From the NCBI GenBank assembly GCA_964644695.1, contig CAZXWN010000002.1, forward strand, positions 1 through 64,000: a stretch of 64,000 bases of DNA. The letters are read 5' to 3'. The notes beneath the pieces are model-generated. The model had not been told where the DNA came from. It saw only the letters and a program-made list of their open reading frames with translations, and did not search any database. A program made the translations under genes and the position numbers. Positions 56,057-64,000 of the stretch are shown here, piece after piece (position 1 is the first letter of the stretch; each line of letters starts with the position of its first letter). This stretch comes from an uncultured bacterium. Lineage in GTDB: Bacteria; UBP4; UBA4092.

Positions 56057-57493
56057 GTGAAACAACCTTCATTTTACAGAGCAACAGCATTGTTGGGCCT
56101 GTCTCAGGTCGTTATTGCTGTTTTAAATCTCGGCAAACAAAAGGTAATTGCTCACTATACCGGGACCACGGGTATGGGTGTCCTCAGCTTGGTCAATGGT
56201 TTCCTGTTCCTTCTTTATACCTTGGGTACTTTTGCCATTTACTCTGCTGTTACGAGATCCATCAGTGATTACTCAGCTCGTAAAGATAATGAAAAATGTA
56301 ATGCGGTTGCTCAAGCGGCGGCCTGGTGGTTAATCCGGATTGTTTTGCTGAGTGTCATGGGTGCATTACTTCTGGCTCCCTGGTCAACTAAAATTCTCCA
56401 TCCAATGATTTCCCCCTGGTTATTCTTTTGGTTGGTTATTCCTTTGCCCTTATACGCCATAGGTAATCTATGGTTGGCGGAATTGAAGGGATTACAGGAA
56501 TTCAGAAAAGTGGTTTGCTTTTTAATAAGCAGTAGTGTGATGCTGCTACTGTGTACTTTGATACTGGTATGGAAATGGAATGTTACGGGTTTGGTCTTGT
56601 CCCTGTCAATGGGGACTGTAACTTTTATGATATCTGGGTGGATATTTAGGCCAAATCTATCGCACTGGCCATTGAAGAAGGATACAGAGGTGTTGGTGCC
56701 CTTGGTCCAATACTCAGGCGTTGTGTTGACGACTAATCTCCTTATTTACGGTACTCAGTACCTGATTCGGTGGGAGACGGTTCGTACTCTGGGTTTGGAT
56801 GCTAATGGATTAGTGCAATCTGTGTTGTTCTTTGGTGTTTATTTTATGATGGTTCAGGAGTCGATAAATACCTATTTATTTCCGAAACTGAGCGGATTAG
56901 AAAAAGCAGAAGAACGGCATCCAGAGTTACAGCGAGCTGTTCGGTGGACGGGTCTGATGTGCCTTTCCGGTGCTATTGTTTTGATTCTGTGGATTGAGCC
57001 ATTAACCAGGATGTTGCTATCAAAGGACTTTTTGCCCATCAAAGAATTTGTTGCGCCGTTATTGTTAGGCGAAGTGTTACGCGTTATGTGCTGGATCATG
57101 GGAATAGATTTTCTGGCTCAAAACCGGATGAAAGTAAATTTCTGGTTGAATGTGGTTTATGTGGCATTACTGACGGGTGGAGTTTTCTGGGGAATGCATC
57201 AATATGGATTACAGGGTTTTGCCTGGGCCTATCTGGCAGCGCATGCAGTTTATGTCTTGTTGAACTTAGGATTGCTTTTCTATACTTCTCGATTCAAACT
57301 GAATTATCGAAATACACTGATGATAATAACAGGGCTTATTATGACAGGGCTGATCACGTTCGTTCGTGGATTACCCTGGGGACTGTTTTGGGGCTGGATT
57401 CCTGTCGCAGTATGGATTATCCTGTTTGTGGAGCCTATGGAGTGGTCACTGGCCAAAGATAAATGGATGAGATGGCGGAATTCAACACAATAA
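56057..57493 (+). CDS. Wzx-like oligosaccharide flippase
   Basis: 12-14 TM segments, YLFPKLS, and glycan-cluster context. Confidence 0.8.
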   Translation: MKQPSFYRATALLGLSQVVIAVLNLGKQKVIAHYTGTTGMGVLSLVNGFLFLLYTLGTFAIYSAVTRSISDYSARKDNEKCNAVAQAAAWWLIRIVLLSVMGALLLAPWSTKILHPMISPWLFFWLVIPLPLYAIGNLWLAELKGLQEFRKVVCFLISSSVMLLLCTLILVWKWNVTGLVLSLSMGTVTFMISGWIFRPNLSHWPLKKDTEVLVPLVQYSGVVLTTNLLIYGTQYLIRWETVRTLGLDANGLVQSVLFFGVYFMMVQESINTYLFPKLSGLEKAEERHPELQRAVRWTGLMCLSGAIVLILWIEPLTRMLLSKDFLPIKEFVAPLLLGEVLRVMCWIMGIDFLAQNRMKVNFWLNVVYVALLTGGVFWGMHQYGLQGFAWAYLAAHAVYVLLNLGLLFYTSRFKLNYRNTLMIITGLIMTGLITFVRGLPWGLFWGWIPVAVWIILFVEPMEWSLAKDKWMRWRNSTQ

Positions 57494-58995
57494 AACCAGA
57501 ATCAACCCTCTGGCCTCAGTGGAGCCGGATGGATGTTGGGGTTGCTATTATCCTGACTATCCTTGGATTGCTTGGGAATGTGGCGACATGGTCTCATCCA
57601 AATTATCAATCGCTGGTTGTATGGGGAATCATCGGAACGCTTCCTTTTGTTTTGATAGCCAGTTTGAAAACTCCAAAATATTTGCTCTGGTATATCCTCA
57701 CCGTCTTTTTTAGTCAGGACTCTTTTCCCAATAATGTTTTGTATGAAACCTATTATGGATATGAAAAGGCCACTGTTTATTTCCATCATTTTATTGGTCC
57801 CCTCTCTGTTTTTGATGTGGTATTACTGGGTGCGCTATATGTTCTGGCGATTCGCCATATCCGAAGTGGAACGATTACCCAATTGTGGGGAGGCTGTTGG
57901 GAATACTGGGTGTTGTTGGGAGTGACGACCTGGGGAGTTGCTGTGGGCTGGAGCCGGGGAAATCCGCTCAAAGAAGTGTTTTCGGAATACCAAACGGTGG
58001 TGTACGCTTTTTTGATGTTTGTGCTGGTTCGGATGTCGATATTGGATAAAGAGGAATGGAAACAATCCCTGTGGTATCTGGTTGTTTTATTAACGGTGAC
58101 GCTTCCCTTAGAGTTCTATCACTATGTATCAGTGAATTATCATAATATCCTGTATGTGGTAGGGAGGATGCGAAAACCTATTTTGAATGGAGTGGATGAC
58201 ACGAATATGCTCATTCCTCTGTTTTTCTTTTTGAATCTTCTAGCCGGGCATTGGGCCGTTTTGAAGAAAAATAAAAGCATACTGATTCTTTCATTATTTG
58301 GAATACTTTCCGGATTGGGTATTGTGTTTTTGAATAACGGGAGAATGTTGACCATACTGGGGGCTGGACTCTTAATCCTGTTTTTTGTGTTACAGAAACT
58401 CCGCTGGCAAATCTGGGTGCTCGTGGTGCTCTCAGTCAGTCTTCTTTTTGGTGGAGTGGTGTATTACAAGCCTAACTATGTAAAACGACTGGGCCAGAGT
58501 TTCTCTACTATCCTGACTTTTGTGCAGACTCAAAATATTACAGCTGATGAATCAGCTGGAGACCGGGTTCTTGAATTTGTAAATGTACATCTGACCCTCA
58601 AAGAAACGGATAATTACCTGTGGGGGATGGGTTGGGGTGGTAAATGGGATGAGTATTATCATCAACCCGGTCGTGGTTCACTGGCAGCCTATGCTGATAA
58701 AACACCCACCCGTCATGCCCAAACTCATGTTTTGTTTTCTTATCTGACTGTGAAACTGGGATACCTGGGGATGGGTTTAGTTGTGTTAGCGTTTTTGTCA
58801 TTATGGATCCACTTGATTCGTTATACTCGGTGGTTGTTACCGTCTGACGTCCGTTGGATGTCGGTAAGCCTCCTGTACATATTCCCTGTGTATTTTTATT
58901 TTAGTTTGGTCTTTCAGGTAGGGATTGCTTTTGGATTGATCCTGGCGCTGATTCGGCAGGCAGAACGATTGTATCAACCGGAGGATATTGATTAG
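57463..58995 (+). CDS. Wzy-like polymerase / O-antigen ligase family protein
   Basis: Multi-TM with a large loop containing R..E...WGMGWG...H; lies between wzx and glycosyltransferase genes. Confidence 0.65.
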   Translation: MDEMAEFNTIKPESTLWPQWSRMDVGVAIILTILGLLGNVATWSHPNYQSLVVWGIIGTLPFVLIASLKTPKYLLWYILTVFFSQDSFPNNVLYETYYGYEKATVYFHHFIGPLSVFDVVLLGALYVLAIRHIRSGTITQLWGGCWEYWVLLGVTTWGVAVGWSRGNPLKEVFSEYQTVVYAFLMFVLVRMSILDKEEWKQSLWYLVVLLTVTLPLEFYHYVSVNYHNILYVVGRMRKPILNGVDDTNMLIPLFFFLNLLAGHWAVLKKNKSILILSLFGILSGLGIVFLNNGRMLTILGAGLLILFFVLQKLRWQIWVLVVLSVSLLFGGVVYYKPNYVKRLGQSFSTILTFVQTQNITADESAGDRVLEFVNVHLTLKETDNYLWGMGWGGKWDEYYHQPGRGSLAAYADKTPTRHAQTHVLFSYLTVKLGYLGMGLVVLAFLSLWIHLIRYTRWLLPSDVRWMSVSLLYIFPVYFYFSLVFQVGIAFGLILALIRQAERLYQPEDID

Positions 58996-59933
58996 TGAAG
59001 CCGGTATCCTTGGTAACCACGGTCCGAAATGAATCTCAATCGATTCGGGAATTTATGGATGCTCTTCTGAATCAGAGTCGGATGCCGGATGAAATCGTCA
59101 TTGTGGATGGTGGTTCCAGTGATGATACAGTGGAAATCCTCCGTCGTGAATATGAAGATAAACATTCCTTTGTCCGTGTGTTGGAGTGTGAGGGTAACAT
59201 CGCCAAAGGTCGGAATTATGCCATCGAAAATGCCCGTTATGATGTGATTGCTGTCACGGATGCCGGGTGCAAAACAGATAAAGAGTGGTTGAAAAATCTA
59301 ACTCAGCCCTTTGAAGAGAACAATCCTCCTGATGTGGTTGGGGGAGTCAGTAAGGCGGATAATAGAACAGCTTTCAATCAGGTGACGGGTGCTTATCTGA
59401 CGGTTACCTCAGAACAGATGAAGCAGAAACCACAATGTATATCATCTCGCAATATTGCTTTCATAAAAGATGTCTGGAGAAATGCTGGTAAATATCCTGA
59501 ATGGCTGGATATGACGGGTGAAGATACTTTATTTGATAAACAGATGGAGTTCATAGGCGCCCGCTTCCAAATAGCTCCTGATGCAATTGTCTATTGGAAT
59601 CCAGCCGCTGGATTTGGGGAATTGTTTCAACGAACTTTCCGGTATGCCCGGGGAAATGGTCAGGCCATCTTGTATGTCGATAAGTTTATTCAACTGGGTG
59701 TGCTTTATCTTATTATCTTCTTCTTATGTTTCCTTGGTTTAATTACAGTAAAGGCCATATGGATGGCCCTTTTACTTTATAGTCTTTATCTAACACAATG
59801 TTCCGTAAAACTGTCTCACCGCCAAAAAAAATATGGATTGATTCCGATGGTGTGGCTGGTTAGGCCTGTAATGGATGTGGCGAATATTTCAGGCTATATT
59901 TTTGGATTTTTGAGCAGGGAAGATAATGCTTAA
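58995..59933 (+). CDS. GT2 glycosyltransferase
   Basis: IVDGGSSD, GRN.AI, TDAG, GED. Confidence 0.9.
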   Translation: MKPVSLVTTVRNESQSIREFMDALLNQSRMPDEIVIVDGGSSDDTVEILRREYEDKHSFVRVLECEGNIAKGRNYAIENARYDVIAVTDAGCKTDKEWLKNLTQPFEENNPPDVVGGVSKADNRTAFNQVTGAYLTVTSEQMKQKPQCISSRNIAFIKDVWRNAGKYPEWLDMTGEDTLFDKQMEFIGARFQIAPDAIVYWNPAAGFGELFQRTFRYARGNGQAILYVDKFIQLGVLYLIIFFLCFLGLITVKAIWMALLLYSLYLTQCSVKLSHRQKKYGLIPMVWLVRPVMDVANISGYIFGFLSREDNA

Positions 59934-61131
59934 ACTGAAGTCTATATTGATTCTGTGTCAGGATGATTTGATGGAATTGCCCTATCACCGGGTATATCCC
60001 ATCATTAAGGCATTGGAACCCTGTTGTGAGCGGATGGATATCCTTTATTATGACCGGGCGTATGACCGCGATGTAGATTCGGTAGCAGCAAAACTGGCGG
60101 AAGGTGTTAAAGATTTTTTTGTGAAACCCCGATTGGAAATAAAACGGGACGGAATCAAGACCTGGTATGGATTTCGGAGACTTCCTCTGGATGGAGTGTT
60201 GAGCACCGTATCACAGGACCCCTGGATTTACCGGCAGTTTGCCGGAATGGTGGATACGGTTTATGACCTGGCCATCAGTGAGGCACCAGGACCTTCCCGG
60301 ATAGCCCTATGGCTGCGGAATGAGGGTAAAGTTCGGAAAGTTGTTTATGATGACACGGATTATTTCCCCGGGTTTGCACAGGGTATCCGGGCTAAGGCGA
60401 TCCAGTCCCAAGAAACTGAAGGGGTCCAGTCGGCGGATAAAGTGTTTTGTGTCAGTCAGCGGCTGGTTAAGCTTCGGGAAAAACAAGGAGCTGTTGAGCC
60501 GGTCTATCTTCCGAATGGTGTGGACTGGAACTTATATGGTTCGTTGGATTTTGATACATCACCCAGACCCTTTACGGTGGTGTATGTGGGTTCATTGGAG
60601 GACTGGGCAGGCTTGGATATCTTTATTCAAGGTATGTCCAGGGCTATTCAACAGGGAAAGAAAATGGAACTGAAAATTATCGGAGATGGACCTGTCCGGC
60701 AAAAACTGGAAACTCAATCCAAAGAGCTGGGACTGGAATCCTGTATCGAATTTATGGGGAGGAAGTCTGCCGATGAAGTTCCTGCATTTTTTAAGAAAGC
60801 GGATGCTGGACTTGTTTTACCTAAACCCGGATTATTGTGGGACTATGCCTGCCCTCTAAAATTGTTTCAATATATGGCGGCTGGATTACCGGTGTTGGCG
60901 ACAAGTACGGGTGAACTGGGAGATTTGGTGAAACAGTACCAATGCGGATTATGTGTGGAGTATTCCCCTGAGAGTGTGGAACAGGGATTATTGGAAATGC
61001 TCAATTCTCCCGACAGGTGCCGGAACTGGGGACTTCAAGGTAAGGCTGCCGCTGAGAATTACCGATGGGATAAATTGATGGATAAGATGATTTGTGAAAT
61101 AAAGGATATGGTCGATGGTCATCGGGATTAA
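59926..61131 (+). CDS. GT4 glycosyltransferase
   Basis: LPNGVD, YVGSL, IIGDGP, PLKLFQYMAAGLPV. Confidence 0.88.
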   Translation: MLKLKSILILCQDDLMELPYHRVYPIIKALEPCCERMDILYYDRAYDRDVDSVAAKLAEGVKDFFVKPRLEIKRDGIKTWYGFRRLPLDGVLSTVSQDPWIYRQFAGMVDTVYDLAISEAPGPSRIALWLRNEGKVRKVVYDDTDYFPGFAQGIRAKAIQSQETEGVQSADKVFCVSQRLVKLREKQGAVEPVYLPNGVDWNLYGSLDFDTSPRPFTVVYVGSLEDWAGLDIFIQGMSRAIQQGKKMELKIIGDGPVRQKLETQSKELGLESCIEFMGRKSADEVPAFFKKADAGLVLPKPGLLWDYACPLKLFQYMAAGLPVLATSTGELGDLVKQYQCGLCVEYSPESVEQGLLEMLNSPDRCRNWGLQGKAAAENYRWDKLMDKMICEIKDMVDGHRD

Positions 61132-62260
61132 TTGCCTCTATCTGATTCCTGGTAAAGTTGGTGGGACAGAAACTTATTTGCGGAATCTAATACGAGAGTT
61201 GATGGTCCTGGACCAGGATAATCAATACATCCTGTTTACTAACTTGAAATGCTGTGACACTTTCGGGAAATTACCTGATCGATGGCGAGAAGTCGTCTGT
61301 CCATTTGACCCTGAAAACAAACTGACTCGGATATGGTGGGAACAGGTGAAACTTCCCCGTCTTGTTCGACAGAATAAAATGGATGTTCTCCATTCACCTG
61401 CGTATGTGTCTCCATTATGGGTAAAGGCCGCCAGAGTAGTGACCATTCATGATATGCACTACCACTATTTCCCGGAGACCTTTTCAAAAGCAAAACAGTT
61501 GTATTGGAAATGGGGGATACCTGTCTCCGCTAAACGGTCGGAACAAGTGTTGACCGTATCGTATCATGCCGCAGAGGACATTAAGAAGACCCTCTATTTA
61601 GAATCACAGCAGGTGAAAGCCATTCCGTTGGCCGCCAGTGATATTTTTCTGCAAGACATATCTGAGCAGGATGTTCAGTCTTATCTGAAAGATAAAAAGT
61701 TCACTACACCCTACATATTATGTGTGGCAACATTTAATCGACATAAGAATCTAACTGGATTGATTCGCAGTTTCGCCCAATTCAAAATAAAGTCAGGACT
61801 TCCCCATCATCTCGTATTGGCGGGGATTTTGGGAGAAGATACTCCCCGAGTGATGGCAGAGATTGTGGAATCGGGATGTCAGGATGTTATTCATATTCCT
61901 GGTCCAATTCCTTTCAAAGAATTACCGTTATTGTATCGGGGCGCTGAAGTGTTTTGTCTCTTATCTTATTTTGAAGGGTTTGGGTTGCCGATACTGGAAG
62001 CGATGGCCTGTGGGGTTCCTGTGATTTGCTCGAATCGGACTTCCTTGCCGGAAGTGGCCGGAGATGCCGCGATTATCGTTAATCCTGATGAGACGGAACA
62101 GGCCGCTGATGCAATGTTAAAATTATTGACCCATCCTGATATCCGACAGGAATATATTCAACGTGGAATAAAACGAATTACTGAATTTTCCTGGAAGAAA
62201 ATGGCCTCTGAAACACTGGAGGCTTACCGGGATGCAGAACGAATATGGAAGAAGGCGTGA
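61115..62260 (+). CDS. GT4 glycosyltransferase (mannosyltransferase-like)
   Basis: VVTIHD, HKN, EGFGLPILEAMACG. Confidence 0.92.
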   Translation: MVIGINCLYLIPGKVGGTETYLRNLIRELMVLDQDNQYILFTNLKCCDTFGKLPDRWREVVCPFDPENKLTRIWWEQVKLPRLVRQNKMDVLHSPAYVSPLWVKAARVVTIHDMHYHYFPETFSKAKQLYWKWGIPVSAKRSEQVLTVSYHAAEDIKKTLYLESQQVKAIPLAASDIFLQDISEQDVQSYLKDKKFTTPYILCVATFNRHKNLTGLIRSFAQFKIKSGLPHHLVLAGILGEDTPRVMAEIVESGCQDVIHIPGPIPFKELPLLYRGAEVFCLLSYFEGFGLPILEAMACGVPVICSNRTSLPEVAGDAAIIVNPDETEQAADAMLKLLTHPDIRQEYIQRGIKRITEFSWKKMASETLEAYRDAERIWKKA

Positions 62261-62262
62261 AT

Positions 62263-63282
62263 ATGAAGGTTTCTTTAGCCGTTTCTACATATAACAGTGC
62301 GAAAACACTACGGCCCTGTATCGAATCACTGATTAATGCAGATTGGCCAGATAAAGAAATTCTGGTGGTGGATGATGGGTCCACAGATGAATCTCTGGAG
62401 ATTCTCCGGTCTTATCCTCAGATTAAAGTGTTGCCCCAAAATCATCAGGGTGTCAGTGCTGGCCGGGATTTGGCATTACGGAATGCTTCTGGTGAAATCA
62501 TATGTTATACAGATTCAGACTGTGAAGTTGATAGGAACTGGATCAAAGAATTGATAAAACCCCTGGATAATCCTGAAGTAGGCGCCGTAACAGGCAGGAC
62601 AGATTTTCGGACGGATGACCGGTGTACCAGTTGGGTGAGAAGTCTGGATATTGCAGAACGGTACGACCACCGGAAAACCTGGACTGAACTGGCCAATGGG
62701 ACCAATTGTGCATTCCGGCGGGATTTGCTCATTTCTCTGGGGGGCTTTGATCCGAAATGGTTTCATGCCGAAGATACTGAGGTTAGTTATCAGTTATTAA
62801 AATCCGGACATAAAATTTACTATCAACCGACAGCAAAGGTTCGTCATGTACCGGAAGGGGATTGGAAATCTTACCTTCGTAAGCGGTATCGAGGAACTAA
62901 GGCCCATTTACGGATGATGCCCAAATATCATACGGATGTTGTGAAAGATGATTTTGTTTCCCTGAAGATGATGGTCCAACCCGTTCTTTATACATTAATG
63001 ACTGGTTTATTGATGGTACTGCCAGTAACTTTGATATGCTCGCTGTTAGGCTTCTCTGGCTGTTGGATTCTTTCGGGGTGGATTAACGGAGTGATTATCG
63101 TTCTGTTTTCATTAGGGATGATGACAGAAATCTCTTTGATATCAAAAGTAGTGAGTCGTTCCCGGAAATCCTCCTTTCTCATTAAATCGTTAGGATTACT
63201 CTCCGCCAAATCGGTCATGATTGGTTGGGGAGTTATATGTGGAGTCTGGTTGAATTTCATTCGACGGCCGAAATTGCAGTGA
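62263..63282 (+). CDS. GT2 glycosyltransferase with C-terminal TM helices
   Basis: VDDGSTD, TDSDC, GGFD, AED. Start set at ATG 62263, after the upstream stop. Confidence 0.88.
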   Translation: MKVSLAVSTYNSAKTLRPCIESLINADWPDKEILVVDDGSTDESLEILRSYPQIKVLPQNHQGVSAGRDLALRNASGEIICYTDSDCEVDRNWIKELIKPLDNPEVGAVTGRTDFRTDDRCTSWVRSLDIAERYDHRKTWTELANGTNCAFRRDLLISLGGFDPKWFHAEDTEVSYQLLKSGHKIYYQPTAKVRHVPEGDWKSYLRKRYRGTKAHLRMMPKYHTDVVKDDFVSLKMMVQPVLYTLMTGLLMVLPVTLICSLLGFSGCWILSGWINGVIIVLFSLGMMTEISLISKVVSRSRKSSFLIKSLGLLSAKSVMIGWGVICGVWLNFIRRPKLQ

Positions 63283-63301
63283 TTTGATAAGATAAGTTCA
63301 A

Positions 63302-64000
63302 ATGCTTGAATACGGTCAAATATACATCCTGGGGTTATTATTGGCTCTGGCTTTGATTCCGGTGTTTCAGAAAATCGGGATAGCTTTGAACTGGGTCGAT
63401 AAACCGGGTACTCGAAAACTCCATCAGGTCCCAATGACGGACCTGGGAGGAGCTGGGATTTATCTGGCTTTTCTGGTTGCTGCCGGGGTAGGGTTATGGA
63501 AATCTTCCTCTCTTTTAATGACAGACCCGAGACCCTTATATGGATTGTTTGTGGGTAGTTTGATGGTCTTTTTATTGGGAGCATTAGATGACAGGAAGGG
63601 GCTTAGTTCTACTCAGAAATTCCTGGGTTTGACTGCGGCCTCTCTGGTATTATGGGCGTTCGGGGGACGAATCGTTGTTTTAACAAATCCTTTCGGAGAC
63701 GAATTTCATCTGGGGATATTCAGTTTACCTTTAACTGTTATTTGGTTGGTGGGAGTATCGAATGCCATTAATCTGATGGATGGGTTGGATGGGTTGGCGG
63801 GCGGGGTGGCGTTTATGGCCAGTATGACTCTGATGTTTATTGCCTTGTTACAGGGTGAACCGGTGATTGCTATCCTCATGGCGGCATTATCGGGAAGTAT
63901 CCTCGGATTTCTTAAATACAATTTACCTCCTGCGTCGATATTCATGGGGGATGCGGGAGCATTGACGCTGGGATTTCTCCTGGCTTCAACGGCAGTGATT
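63302..64000 (+). CDS. WecA/TagO-like polyprenyl-phosphate HexNAc-1-phosphate transferase, 3'-truncated (absent from the ORF track)
   Basis: Manual translation from ATG 63302: MLEYGQ...VDKPGTRKLHQVPM..LGG...LGALDD...SNAINLMDGLDGLA...PASIFMGDAG. The frame is open to the window end. Confidence 0.9.
   Translation, partial: MLEYGQIYILGLLLALALIPVFQKIGIALNWVDKPGTRKLHQVPMTDLGGAGIYLAFLVAAGVGLWKSSSLLMTDPRPLYGLFVGSLMVFLLGALDDRKGLSSTQKFLGLTAASLVLWAFGGRIVVLTNPFGDEFHLGIFSLPLTVIWLVGVSNAINLMDGLDGLAGGVAFMASMTLMFIALLQGEPVIAILMAALSGSILGFLKYNLPPASIFMGDAGALTLGFLLASTAVI

Noticed and set aside
62988-63945. Minus-strand ORFs of 198 and 79 aa, and the many other short antisense or nested ORFs in the track
   Set aside because: They overlap well-supported genes on the other strand or frame (here the GT2 and the WecA-like gene) and show no motifs.
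1-64000. CRISPR array or cas genes
   Set aside because: I saw no regularly spaced direct repeats with unique spacers. The palindromic repeats are single and 12-20 kb apart, and no Cas-like ORF is present.

Overview
Bacterial chromosomal window from a diderm organism (TolC, Wzx/Wzy, type IV prepilin-like genes) containing mostly housekeeping, cell-envelope and carbohydrate genes. Main blocks, left to right: a TolC-2xMFP-MacB-like permease operon; PTS IIA, GH57 and MFS genes; rplU-rpmA-obg-proB; aas; tRNA-Leu(TAA); several GT-C-like membrane proteins; an FAD/Fe-S oxidoreductase; an AT-rich orphan gene with a PD-(D/E)xK-like C-terminus; a CDF transporter; a GH94/PGM/GH26/hydantoinase-like/NAGPA operon; three tandem prepilin-like paralogues; and a surface-glycan cluster running off the right edge, ending in a WecA-like gene that the ORF track misses. 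I found no CRISPR array, rRNA, integrase or transposase. The strongest unexplained signals are: (1) the prepilin array, in which two copies share a 53-bp identical tract amid heavy synonymous divergence, and which adjoins glycosylation genes; (2) two families of dispersed intergenic palindromic elements, one bordering AT-rich accessory genes; (3) a candidate single-gene defence nuclease; (4) a soluble PilC/GspF-domain protein that probably starts at ATC; (5) recurring leaderless-gene promoter signatures. Functional calls come from motif recognition by eye; no database searches were run. The pilin family recalls Sumerlaeota/Hinthialibacterota-like candidate phyla, but this is from memory and unverified.
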